The position numbers and the translations under genes were made by a program. The notes below the pieces were generated by a model. It was not told the origin of the DNA, did no database searches, and worked only from the letters and a program-made list of their open reading frames with translations. This document shows positions 44,830-53,800 of a stretch of 64,000 nt of DNA, piece by piece (positions within the stretch are counted from its first letter, which is position 1; each line of letters opens with the position of its first letter). This DNA is from a virus. The stretch is from IMG/VR virus record IMGVR_UViG_3300035669_000001, positions 1 to 64,000 of that record. The stretch is one strand, 5' to 3'.

Positions 44830-45249
44830 ATGGCTTACGACGAAGCGTGGCGGGCGGTCACTTTCAACGCTGACTCCTCGCTCGCCGGGTACACGGGTGT
44901 TCCTGGCGTGCCAGGATCAGTTAGCCCGAACTACGGCAAGGCGCTCTACAGGTTTGTGAAGGTCGTGGGCAAGCGCCTGGTGGGTCGAACCACCGGTGTT
45001 GCCGACCGCAACAAGACCGTGGGCATCTGTCAGAGCAAACCACAGGTGACCGGTGAGGCCGCTACCATCGCGATCCGGGGCGAGTCCCTGGTGTTCGCGG
45101 GCGGTGTCATCGCGGCCGGTGACATGGTCACCTCAGACGCCACTGGACGAGCTGTGACCACTGCGGTGGTGGCGGACCATCTTGGCCTCGCTGTCGAAGA
45201 CGCATCCGGAGCCGACGTGCTCACCACCGTGCTGCTTCGGTGCAACTGA
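44830..45249 (+). CDS. Capsid decoration/cement protein
   Basis: YRFVK...GICQSKP..GEAA...AGGVIAAGDMVTSDATGRA. Confidence 0.8.
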   Translation: MAYDEAWRAVTFNADSSLAGYTGVPGVPGSVSPNYGKALYRFVKVVGKRLVGRTTGVADRNKTVGICQSKPQVTGEAATIAIRGESLVFAGGVIAAGDMVTSDATGRAVTTAVVADHLGLAVEDASGADVLTTVLLRCN

Positions 45250-45262
45250 GAGGAGATGACCA

Positions 45263-46258
45263 ATGCCTCGTCCTGACATGGCAGATGTCCATATCAACAC
45301 CCCGCTGACCAACGTCAGCATCGCCTACATCCAGAACGCCTCCAACTTCATCGCCACCAAGGTCTTTCCCAAGCTCCCGGTGGACAAGAGGTCGGACCTG
45401 TACTGGAAGTACTCCAAGAGCGACTGGCGGCGTACCGACGTCCAGCGTCGTGCTCCCAGCACCGAGTCTCCGGGCACGGGCTGGAACACCTCGATGGACC
45501 AGTACTTCTGCCACGTCTACGCAGTGCACAAGGACATCGACGACCAGCTCCGGGCGAACGCGGACTCGGTCTTCCGGCTGGACAGCGATGCCACTGCCTT
45601 CGTGACGAACCAGATGCTCATCAAGCGCGACCTGGACTGGACCGCCTCGTTCTTCAAGACCGGGGTATGGGGCACGGACAAGGCGCTGCTGGCGACCGAT
45701 GCCAACCCGGAGAACATCCGCTGGGACCGGGCCACCTCGGACCCGATCGGTCTGTTCGGCACGCTGCAGCTCGCCTTCATCCAGCAGACGGGCTTCAAGG
45801 CCAACACCGCCGTGTGCGGTGCCAACGTCCTGAAGGCGCTGAAGAACCACCCGGCCATCATCGACCGGATCAAGTACACCCAGAAGGGCATCGTGACGAC
45901 CGACCTGATCGCCACCCTGCTCGACGTCGACCGGGTGTTCGCGGCCTACGCCACCTACTCCACCGGACCCACCATCCCTGATGCGGTGGCCCAGGACGCA
46001 GCGGCGACCAACACCTTCATCGCGGACCCCAACTCGGTGCTGTTGTGCTACTCCCCGGCCAGCCCGTCTCTGATGAGCCCGGCCGCTGGGTACACCTTCA
46101 CCTGGAAGGGCTACCTCGGAGGGAACGCGCAGGGGATCCGGATGACCCGGTTCCGCATGCCGGCCATCCGGTCGGACCGCATCGAGGCCGAGATGACCTA
46201 CGACATGCACGTGATCTCCCCGGACTGCGGTGTGTTCCTGACGAGTGTTGTCGGCTGA
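45263..46258 (+). CDS. Major capsid protein (HK97 fold, lambda gpE-like)
   Basis: HINTPLTNVSIAY.Q...FIA.KVFP, SDPIG, LKNHPAIIDRIKYT, PAAGYTF.W. Confidence 0.92.
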   Translation: MPRPDMADVHINTPLTNVSIAYIQNASNFIATKVFPKLPVDKRSDLYWKYSKSDWRRTDVQRRAPSTESPGTGWNTSMDQYFCHVYAVHKDIDDQLRANADSVFRLDSDATAFVTNQMLIKRDLDWTASFFKTGVWGTDKALLATDANPENIRWDRATSDPIGLFGTLQLAFIQQTGFKANTAVCGANVLKALKNHPAIIDRIKYTQKGIVTTDLIATLLDVDRVFAAYATYSTGPTIPDAVAQDAAATNTFIADPNSVLLCYSPASPSLMSPAAGYTFTWKGYLGGNAQGIRMTRFRMPAIRSDRIEAEMTYDMHVISPDCGVFLTSVVG

Positions 46259-46286
46259 GCCGATACTGGGAAGCAAGACAAGCCTT

Positions 46287-46319
46287 GAGGGCGTTCGGTC
46301 ATACAGGCTGGGCGCCCTC
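46287..46319 (+). terminator. Stem-loop downstream of capsid gene
   Basis: GAGGGCGTTCGGTC-ATACA-GGCTGGGCGCCCTC, 14 bp with G:U pairs valid on + strand; weak U tail. Confidence 0.6.
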
Positions 46320-46336
46320 TTGCATGAGGAGGACAG

Positions 46337-47053
46337 ATGGCCCTCGGGGACGTCAAGTACATCGTGGCCCGCGGTTTCCAGTCGCACCTGGGCTGGCACG
46401 TGATGGGAGAGCTAGCGCCCAAGGAGGCTGCCGAGTGGCACAACGTCATGTCCATCGTCGCCGCCGGCTACCTCATCCCCTACACCTACGAGACCGGCTA
46501 CGACCGGCTACCGCCCCACGTCTTCTCTGCAGTGGTGACGCTGCAGGAGGCCAAGGGCCTGATCGCGAAGGGAGACGCTCCGATGGCACTGGACTGGGAA
46601 CCGGCCCCTGAGCTGGTCGAGGCACAGCAGGTGATCGAGGCCGAGAAGGCCTCGGCAGAGCGCAACCGGGAGGAGGCCCAGGAGCGCGCGGTCAAGCAGA
46701 TCGCCGAGCTGCGCAACAACGAGGTCGACCCCCGTCCGGTGCTGGTACCGGACAAGACTGTCCTGGTGGACGCCAAGCGGCGCGAGGCCGAGAAGGCCGC
46801 AGGGTCGGACCGCCGCGAGGAGTACGAGGACTGGAACAAGGACCGGCTGGTCGAGGAGATCAACCTCCGCAACGAGGAGGACGACACGACCGACCGGATG
46901 CCGGTGGGCGGCACCAAGGGCGACCTGGTGCAGCGGCTCGTCGAGTACGACCTCACCAGTGCGCGGACGCAGCGCAAGGCCGCTCGGAAGACGTCCGAGC
47001 CGAAGAAGAAGGAGACGGACAGTGACCGAGAAGAAGCAGTCAAAGAAGGCTGA
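46337..47053 (+). CDS. Protein with SAP/HeH-like domain
   Basis: YEDWNKDRLVEEI...PVGGTKGDLVQRL. Confidence 0.7.
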   Translation: MALGDVKYIVARGFQSHLGWHVMGELAPKEAAEWHNVMSIVAAGYLIPYTYETGYDRLPPHVFSAVVTLQEAKGLIAKGDAPMALDWEPAPELVEAQQVIEAEKASAERNREEAQERAVKQIAELRNNEVDPRPVLVPDKTVLVDAKRREAEKAAGSDRREEYEDWNKDRLVEEINLRNEEDDTTDRMPVGGTKGDLVQRLVEYDLTSARTQRKAARKTSEPKKKETDSDREEAVKEG

Positions 47054-47393
47054 GGACCAGGAGAGCACCGGCCCGGGCACCGAGAGGAACGCCGAGGCCG
47101 AGCGTCGCAGAGACCTGGTCACCGGCGAGGAGGTACCCACCGACGACGTGGTCCTGGAGGAGGTGCCGCCGGAGGAGAACCCGGCCTTCACCGAGTCCAC
47201 CCTGCGCCAGAGCGACGCCGGGATCGTTGACGACGCCGACCGCGAGGCGGCCGAGAACACCGAGGACCCAGGCCCCAACGAGGCCGTGCTGGCCAAGGAG
47301 GAGGCCGACGCCGAGAAGGCCGAGGAGGCCCGCGCGGAAGCCAAGCGGCGCAACGAGGAAGACGACGAGAAGCGGGCCGCAGAGGACTCGTGA
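47022..47393 (+). CDS. Highly acidic low-complexity protein
   Basis: GTG 47022 after AAGGAG; E/D/A-rich. Confidence 0.65.
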   Translation: MTEKKQSKKAEDQESTGPGTERNAEAERRRDLVTGEEVPTDDVVLEEVPPEENPAFTESTLRQSDAGIVDDADREAAENTEDPGPNEAVLAKEEADAEKAEEARAEAKRRNEEDDEKRAAEDS

Positions 47394-47399
47394 CTACGG

Positions 47400-47504
47400 A
47401 TGAGCGGGGCTGACATCGCGCTGGTGATCAGCCTCGTCCTCATCGACGTAGTCGTCGTAGGTAGCCTGCTGGTGATCGGTCTGACCCTGAGGAGGAGAAG
47501 GTGA
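47400..47504 (+). CDS. 34-aa single-TM peptide (not in ORF track)
   Basis: MSGADIALVISLVLIDVVVVGSLLVIGLTLRRRR; stop overlaps next start. Confidence 0.55.
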   Translation: MSGADIALVISLVLIDVVVVGSLLVIGLTLRRRR

Positions 47505-47968
47505 CGTTCAGCTACCTGGACCCGAGCACCAACTTCCGGGACGGCCTGCGGCTGCTGTGCGGGGACACGACGCCCTCCCAGGTGCTCCTGCAGGACGAGG
47601 AGTACGACTTCGTCCGGGTCCAGTGGCCCGACGAGAGAAGCCCCTACATCCTGGCCTCCTACGCCTGCGAGATGATCGCGGCCAAGTTCGCCCGTGAGAT
47701 CAACATCTCGGCGGACTCCCAGACGGTGGGAGCGGACGTCCTGCAGCAGAAGTACCTCACCCTCGCAGAGCGGCTCCGCACCATCGCAAAGACGGCTCAC
47801 CCAGGCGAGGTCTATGTGGGTGGCATGGACTCCTGGGTGAGCTACGACCCATCGGTGGCGCCGCTAGCCTTCGGCACCCAGATGCACGACAACCCGGCCG
47901 CCGGCCAGCAGGACTACGGCGACAACCGGCAGCTGTTCGGCGACCCGCTGGTGGACTACGGACGATGA
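47501..47968 (+). CDS. Head-to-tail adaptor
   Basis: FSY.DP...RDGLRLLCGDT...LLQDEE...ACEMIAAKFAR. Confidence 0.8.
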   Translation: MTFSYLDPSTNFRDGLRLLCGDTTPSQVLLQDEEYDFVRVQWPDERSPYILASYACEMIAAKFAREINISADSQTVGADVLQQKYLTLAERLRTIAKTAHPGEVYVGGMDSWVSYDPSVAPLAFGTQMHDNPAAGQQDYGDNRQLFGDPLVDYGR

Positions 47969-48417
47969 CACTCGCAGACGACTCACCGATCTTCATGCGG
48001 GTCTCGCCCTACTCGCAGGCCTACATCCAGAACAAGGCCCAGGAGCTGATGAACTCCCGGGTCAAGATCTTCACCCCGGACCTGGGCGGCGGCACCTACG
48101 ACCCCGTCACCGGCGACGTGACACCCGGGGAGGGGACCTTCAAGTACGAGGGTCCCGCGCGCATCTGGGAGGTCCCCGGTGGCCAGAACATCGTCATCGG
48201 TGAGGAGGAGGTCACGGTCACCCAGACCTACCTCTCCATCCCCTACTGGGTAATGCCGCTGCCGGAGATGGACGACGTCATCGCCGTGCTCGAGTCCGAC
48301 GACCCGGACCTGGTGGGCCGGACGGTCATCATCCAGAACACCATCCGGGGCGGCGGGCTGCGGGCCTCACGGAGGTTCCAGGTCCAGGTCAGCGACTCGA
48401 AGAAGTCAGAGTGGTAG
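47965..48417 (+). CDS. Head-to-tail stopper
   Basis: M...V.I...YDPVTG...YEGPARI...YLSIP...DPDLVGR. Confidence 0.75.
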   Translation: MTLADDSPIFMRVSPYSQAYIQNKAQELMNSRVKIFTPDLGGGTYDPVTGDVTPGEGTFKYEGPARIWEVPGGQNIVIGEEEVTVTQTYLSIPYWVMPLPEMDDVIAVLESDDPDLVGRTVIIQNTIRGGGLRASRRFQVQVSDSKKSEW

Positions 48418-48867
48418 ATGAGCTTCGACCTCGACTACTCACAGGTGTCCGACCTGTCCCGCCGGCTGAGGCTGGCGCAGACCCTCGCGCCCAAGCGGAT
48501 GGACATCTGGCTGCACGAGGTGGTCGGCCCCAAGCTCAAGACCGCCATGCAGGACGCGGCCCCGGTGGACACCGGAAACCTCAAGTCCAAGATCATCCTG
48601 ATCACCGAGCCGGGGAAGATCCGGGTGGGCACCCACGGCGTCCCCTACACCAAGTACGTGGTGGAGGGCACCGCCCCGCACGACATCGTCCCCAAGACCT
48701 CCTCGGTGCTGGTGTTCAAGGTGGGCGGGAAGACGGTGTACGCGAAAAAGGTCCGCCACCCAGGCACCAAGCCCAATCCCTTCATGAAGGTCAGCGTCGA
48801 GCGGGTCATCGCGGAGTCCAAGTCCTCCCTGCACGGCATGGTGTTCAGCCTGAGGTCCGGTGGCTAG
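48418..48867 (+). CDS. HK97 gp10-like tail completion protein
   Basis: APVDTGNLK...YTKYVVEGT.PH.I...VRHPGTKPNPFM. Confidence 0.85.
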   Translation: MSFDLDYSQVSDLSRRLRLAQTLAPKRMDIWLHEVVGPKLKTAMQDAAPVDTGNLKSKIILITEPGKIRVGTHGVPYTKYVVEGTAPHDIVPKTSSVLVFKVGGKTVYAKKVRHPGTKPNPFMKVSVERVIAESKSSLHGMVFSLRSGG

Positions 48868-49321
48868 CGCGCCCGCCCGCGGGGACCTGTCCCGCTGGCT
48901 GAAGAACCTGCTGACCTCCAAAGGGCTGCTGGTGGAGCTGCTCAAGGCCCCCGCTGCCGGAGGCTGGGATAACGACCCGGGACAGCCGTCGAGCAAGTTC
49001 AAGCAGTACGTCACCTTGCTCCCGCTGGACGCCAGCGCCCCCACCGGGTCGATGGAGGACCCCGCGGAGATGTGGGCCTTCCCCTACATCCTGGCCTCGA
49101 CCGGCGTGAACCACGATCAGGTCGAGGGTCAGGCAGACAAGGCCCGTAGGATTGTCAATGAGATCGGGCGTGTGAATGTCACTCTCGGTGGTGAGGTCTG
49201 GCGGGTCTACGACGCGAGGATCAACTCCATCGGTGGGGTGGACATCACCCGGGCGATCGACCCGAATGAGTACACCCAGCGTGACGTGGTCATGGTTCGG
49301 ATCAGTAAGGAGAGACCGTAG
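48860..49321 (+). CDS. Tail terminator
   Basis: Position and size between gp10-like gene and major tail gene. Confidence 0.6.
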   Translation: MASAPARGDLSRWLKNLLTSKGLLVELLKAPAAGGWDNDPGQPSSKFKQYVTLLPLDASAPTGSMEDPAEMWAFPYILASTGVNHDQVEGQADKARRIVNEIGRVNVTLGGEVWRVYDARINSIGGVDITRAIDPNEYTQRDVVMVRISKERP

Positions 49322-49546
49322 ATGCCCAGCAAGAAAGCAGAGGCGCCGGAGCAGAAGCGCTCCGTTGACCGACAGGGCTACGTCACCATCGAGAAGGGTG
49401 GCGTCCAGGCCAAGATCGTCCCGAGCTCCTTCGCGGTGTGGGAGAAGAAGGGCTGGACGGAAGTATCCGGCGAGGCCGACCCGGCGAAGCTCGTCCCGAG
49501 CGACCTGTCGAAGCCTGTCGACGAAGACGAGAGCCAGGAGGGCTGA
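49322..49546 (+). CDS. Hypothetical protein
   Basis: SD AAGGAG; WEKKGW motif. Confidence 0.65.
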   Translation: MPSKKAEAPEQKRSVDRQGYVTIEKGGVQAKIVPSSFAVWEKKGWTEVSGEADPAKLVPSDLSKPVDEDESQEG

Positions 49547-49549
49547 TTC

Positions 49550-50029
49550 GTGTCCAAGCTGATTCCGAATGAGAACACCTGGCTCGGGTTCTCGTTGGCA
49601 TGTCTGGACCTGGCCGAGCCACTCCTGTCCGAGGTGACCGGGGCCGTCAACCTGACGAAGCTCCTGATGAGCATCAACGCCTCGACCACCGGCAACACGG
49701 TGCCCACCCCGACCCTGGACACCAAGTTCGAGACCTCCATCCCAGGCACGGTGACCGCCGCCTTCTCGGCGGACTTCTACCGCGACGACGAGAACGACCT
49801 CGCCTGGGAGACCCTCCCCCGCAACACTAAGGGGTTCTTCTTCCTCTGCCGCTTCGGTGGCAGCGGCCCGTTGAACCGCCCCAACACCGGGGACCCGCTG
49901 GAGGTATGGCCGGTCATGGTCACCTCCCGCTCCAACAGCAACAACACCAACAACGCGGTGATGACCTTCACGGCCACCTGCTCCATCCCGGTCGAGCCGG
50001 TAGAGGACGCGGTAGTCGCTGCGGCGTAG
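49550..50029 (+). CDS. Major tail tube protein
   Basis: Actinophage tube pattern (V.TP.L...FETSIPG...AWETL...GD.LEVWPV); precedes chaperones. Confidence 0.85.
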   Translation: MSKLIPNENTWLGFSLACLDLAEPLLSEVTGAVNLTKLLMSINASTTGNTVPTPTLDTKFETSIPGTVTAAFSADFYRDDENDLAWETLPRNTKGFFFLCRFGGSGPLNRPNTGDPLEVWPVMVTSRSNSNNTNNAVMTFTATCSIPVEPVEDAVVAAA

Positions 50030-50067
50030 CCTGAGACCAACCTATCCACCCAATAGGAAGGGCTCCT

Positions 50068-50478
50068 GTGCCTGCCTTGAAGCTCCAGTCCGAGGAGAGC
50101 CTGGCCGATGCCGCGGTGTCGGCCAAGGACGCTTTCCTGAAGAAGACCCGCCGGATCGACCGGCCGAAGATCACCCTCGGTGACCAGACCTACACCCTGG
50201 AGATCCACGCGCTCACGAACAAAGAGCTGAACACCCTCATCGACGAGCACCCGGCGCGCAAGAACAACGACGAGGACAAGCCCTACGGCTACAACCGGAC
50301 CACGCTGCCCCCTGCGCTGTTCGCGATGAGCGTCAAGGACCCGCAGATGACCCGCGAGGAGTGGGAGCAGGTCTGGATCTCCCCGGAGTGGTCCCCCGGT
50401 GAGCTGAGCCACCTCCTCGACCTGGTGATGTCCACCTCGACCCGGGGCTTCGACGTCCCTTTTGGCGCGAGAAGCTAA
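50068..50478 (+). CDS. Tail assembly chaperone (gpG)
   Basis: Between tube and tape measure; LIDEHP motif; ends at slippery site. Confidence 0.85.
   Translation: MPALKLQSEESLADAAVSAKDAFLKKTRRIDRPKITLGDQTYTLEIHALTNKELNTLIDEHPARKNNDEDKPYGYNRTTLPPALFAMSVKDPQMTREEWEQVWISPEWSPGELSHLLDLVMSTSTRGFDVPFGARS
50457..50463 (+). other. Programmed -1 frameshift site
   Basis: C CCT TTT (XXXYYYZ) in gpG frame; -1 frame reads PFWREKLRSDPEFN into ATG 50499. Confidence 0.85.
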
Positions 50479-50882
50479 GGAGCGACCCGGAGTTCAACAT
50501 GGAGATGGCGTGGTGCACCGACAAGGGCATCCCGCACTCGGTGCTGTTGGACTGGGACTCCGAAGACCGGGCCAAGCTCCACGCCTACCTGCTGGAGGAG
50601 TCGCTGCGCTGTGTGATGTGCGGCACCCAGCCCTGGGAGTGGGACCCGGAGCAGGGGGGCTCGCGGAGGGCCTACATCCCGGTCGAGCTGTTCTGTCCCG
50701 GCTGTTATGCCAAGCAGACGACTGCTGACGGCAACGACGCCCCGAAGGGCACCACGATCCAACTGGTTCCCCACTCCGAGACAATAGTGGAGGAGCAGAG
50801 ACAGCGGTACCTCAAGGAGCAACGACGGAAGGCCGAGGGTGGACGAGGACTACACAGTAGGCCTGAGAGCCGACACCCGTAG
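50457..50882 (+). CDS. Tail assembly chaperone frameshift extension (gpT)
   Basis: W..EDRAK...CVMCG...CPGC; in -1 frame of gpG. Confidence 0.8.
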   Translation, partial: PFWREKLRSDPEFNMEMAWCTDKGIPHSVLLDWDSEDRAKLHAYLLEESLRCVMCGTQPWEWDPEQGGSRRAYIPVELFCPGCYAKQTTADGNDAPKGTTIQLVPHSETIVEEQRQRYLKEQRRKAEGGRGLHSRPESRHP

Positions 50883-53800
50883 CTACGAGTCGTCCATCAG
50901 TGGTGCTGCCAGCATCACCAACACTCTCACCGCCTCTCTCGTACGGCTCGGTCAGACCCTCGGGTCGGTAGCCCAGCGGGCGGACCGCCGGCTCACCTTG
51001 ATCTCGGCGGCCGAGGCTGCCACCATCGTCGGCGTCACGGTGGCCGCGGCCCGGCTGGACCAGCAGATGTCCCAGCTGCAGGCCCGCCAGGTGATGTTGG
51101 ACCGGGGCACCAACAACTACCTCAAGACGGTCAACCAGCTGCGCACCGGGCTCGGGCTGACCTCGCAGGAGAGCATCGGCCTGGTCACCCAGCTGAACCG
51201 GCTCAACGTGCCCTTCAGCCAGCAGAAGACCTCGATCGAGAGCTACGTCCGGCTGGCCGCTGTCACCGGCGACTCCGTACAGGGGCTGGCCCAGGCCAAC
51301 ACCCAGTTCATGCGGACGATGGGCAACACCCAGCCGGTGGAGCGCTACTCCTCCATGGTGGCCAACCTGTCCGAGAAGTACGGCGCCGGTGCCCAGTCCA
51401 CCCTGGACTTCGCAAACCAGATCGCTCCGCTGTCGAAGGTGATGGGCATGAACGCCCAGGAGATCACCGGGATCTCCGCTGCCTTCTCCAAGGCCGGGCA
51501 GGACGGCTCCGCAGCGGGCAACGTCTACACCAAGATCCTCTCCGACGTGAACCGAGCCATCCAGTACGGCTCCCCGGAGGTGCAGGTCTACTCCGACATG
51601 CTCGGCAAGAGCGTGGAGCAGTTCAAGGCCATGCCCAAGGCCGAGGTCGTCACGGCCATCTTCGAGTCCCTCAACAAGGAGGGCCCGCAGGCCATCAAGA
51701 CCCTGGAGCGCCTCGGCCTGGAGGGGGTGCGCTCCCAGCGGGCCATCACCGCAGTGGTCCAGCAGGGCGGCCTGCGCCAGGGCATCGCCGACGCCAACGC
51801 TGGCTGGAACGACCCGGCCCGCTTCCGGGGTGCCTCCGACCAGGCCCTGAAGGGCATGAACGACCAGCTGGCCCGGGCGGGGGAGACCACCAAGGCTTTC
51901 GCGCAGGGAGTTGGTCAGACCTTCCTGCCGGCCGCCAACTCACTGGCCAAGGGCTTCAACGTCCTGCTCTCCCCGCTGCGGGTGCTGACCGACCTGTTCA
52001 ACTCCGACTCAGGGCTGGCGGGGGCGGTCAAGACACTGCTCGCCTTCGGGGCTGGAGCGGCTGTTCTGGCCCCTCTGATCCCACGGCTGCTGATGGGGCT
52101 GGCCGGAGCCTCCCTGCTGCCCACACTGGCCCGCGGGAGCCTGGGACAGGGCTTCCTGCTCGGCCGCAACCCCAACATGGCCCTGGGTGCCAACCAGCGG
52201 TCGTTCATGGAGGGCGGGGGCACCGCTGGCACCCGCACGCTGTTCCGCGGCGGCATGGCCCTGGGCGGGATGCTCAACGTCGGTGGGCGGCGGGGTGACC
52301 TCTCCCAGCACCGGTTCGTCGACCCGGTCACCGGGCGGGTGCGCGAGCACAGGTCGCTGCCCGGCTACGCGGAGTCGATGGTCCGCCTGGGGCTGATGAC
52401 CGAGGAGGACGCCGCCCGCAGCCTCAACCGCGAGGGCAGGGCACCGTACACCGGCGAGCTGACCGGGAGGGCGGCCAGCCTGGCAGCAGCGGGGCTGCCG
52501 GTCCCGGCGGGCGTGGCCAGGGACATCGAGAACGCCCGGCCGCGGGAGCGGCTCGGCACCCGCACGATCAACCGCGGAATCGGGTTCGCCGGCGACATGT
52601 TCCGGGCCCAGCTGAACCCGTGGACCAAGAGCTACCTGGACAAGTCGATGGAGGGCGGGCCGGACGCCGTCACCCAGGAGTCCCGCTGGCGCGACACCAA
52701 GCCGATCGCGAGCGTGCGGAGGTTCTTCAGCCAGGACGCCCTGGACGAGCAGGTCAAGGCGACCAAGGAGCACGCGGGCAACATCCGGTCCCAGACCAAG
52801 ATGCTCACCGAGATGACGGCCGAGCAGCGCCGGGTCTACCGGGAGTCCCACTCCATCGTGCGGAACTTCGGCAAAGAGCTGCTGATGACCGCTGGGACGG
52901 GCGCCAGGGCCACCGCAGGGCTCGGGTACGGCGCGGCCCGGCTGGGTGCCACCGGGCTGATGAAGGCCGGTGGAGGGCTGCTGAACCTCGCCGGTGGCCC
53001 CGCCGGGGTAGCCCTCGCCGCCGGGCTGGGTGCCTACACCTTGAACAAGGAGAACCGGGCCAGTTGGGAGGAGGGCATCAGGGGACGCGAGGGCGACCAG
53101 TCCGCCGGTGCCGACTACCGCAACGCCCTGGGGCTCGGGGAGAAGTCGCTCAAGAGCTTCGCTGAAGTGGTCAACCAGACCAACGCGGCGCTGAAGACCT
53201 CGGTCTCCTCGGTCGGTGAGGCCATCACGATCTCTGCCGAGGACATCGCCAGGGCGTCCGGGCGGGTCAACCTGATCGTGGACAACAACATCAAGACCAT
53301 GTCCGCGAACCAGGCGAAGATCTACGCCGGGGCCATCCTGCCCACCGCGGACCCGCGCGAGGCCCAGGCCCTCAAGCTCGACCTGATCGCCAGGTACGGC
53401 GGTGCCGAAGCCAAGAACATCCTGTCGGCCGGGATGGAGGGCGGCACCCAGAGCAACGCCTTCGGGATGATCGCCAACCAGCAACAGCAGTCCTGGGTGC
53501 CGAAGTGGCTCGGGACCTGGCAGGGGACGCAGACCCAGGCCACCAAGGACGCCGTGCAGATGGTGGCGGACACCAACAAGACCCAGATCGCGGCAGTGGA
53601 GCAACGCTCGGGTGCCTCGGGGGTGGGACAGCTCCAGCAGTCGAAGATGAACGAGTTCTTCGCAGCGGTGGACGACCGGGGACGCGCCGGCGGCAACGCC
53701 CGCGGCTACAGCCTCGGGGCGATGGGCTCCCAGACGTCCAAGGGCATGTACCAGAGCATGGCCCAGACCCTGGGGCTGGACGTCAACGACAACGCCTCCA

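Noticed and set aside
50457-50463. -1 frameshift as a novel finding
   Set aside because: Real, but the standard tail-chaperone G/GT mechanism; listed as a feature only.
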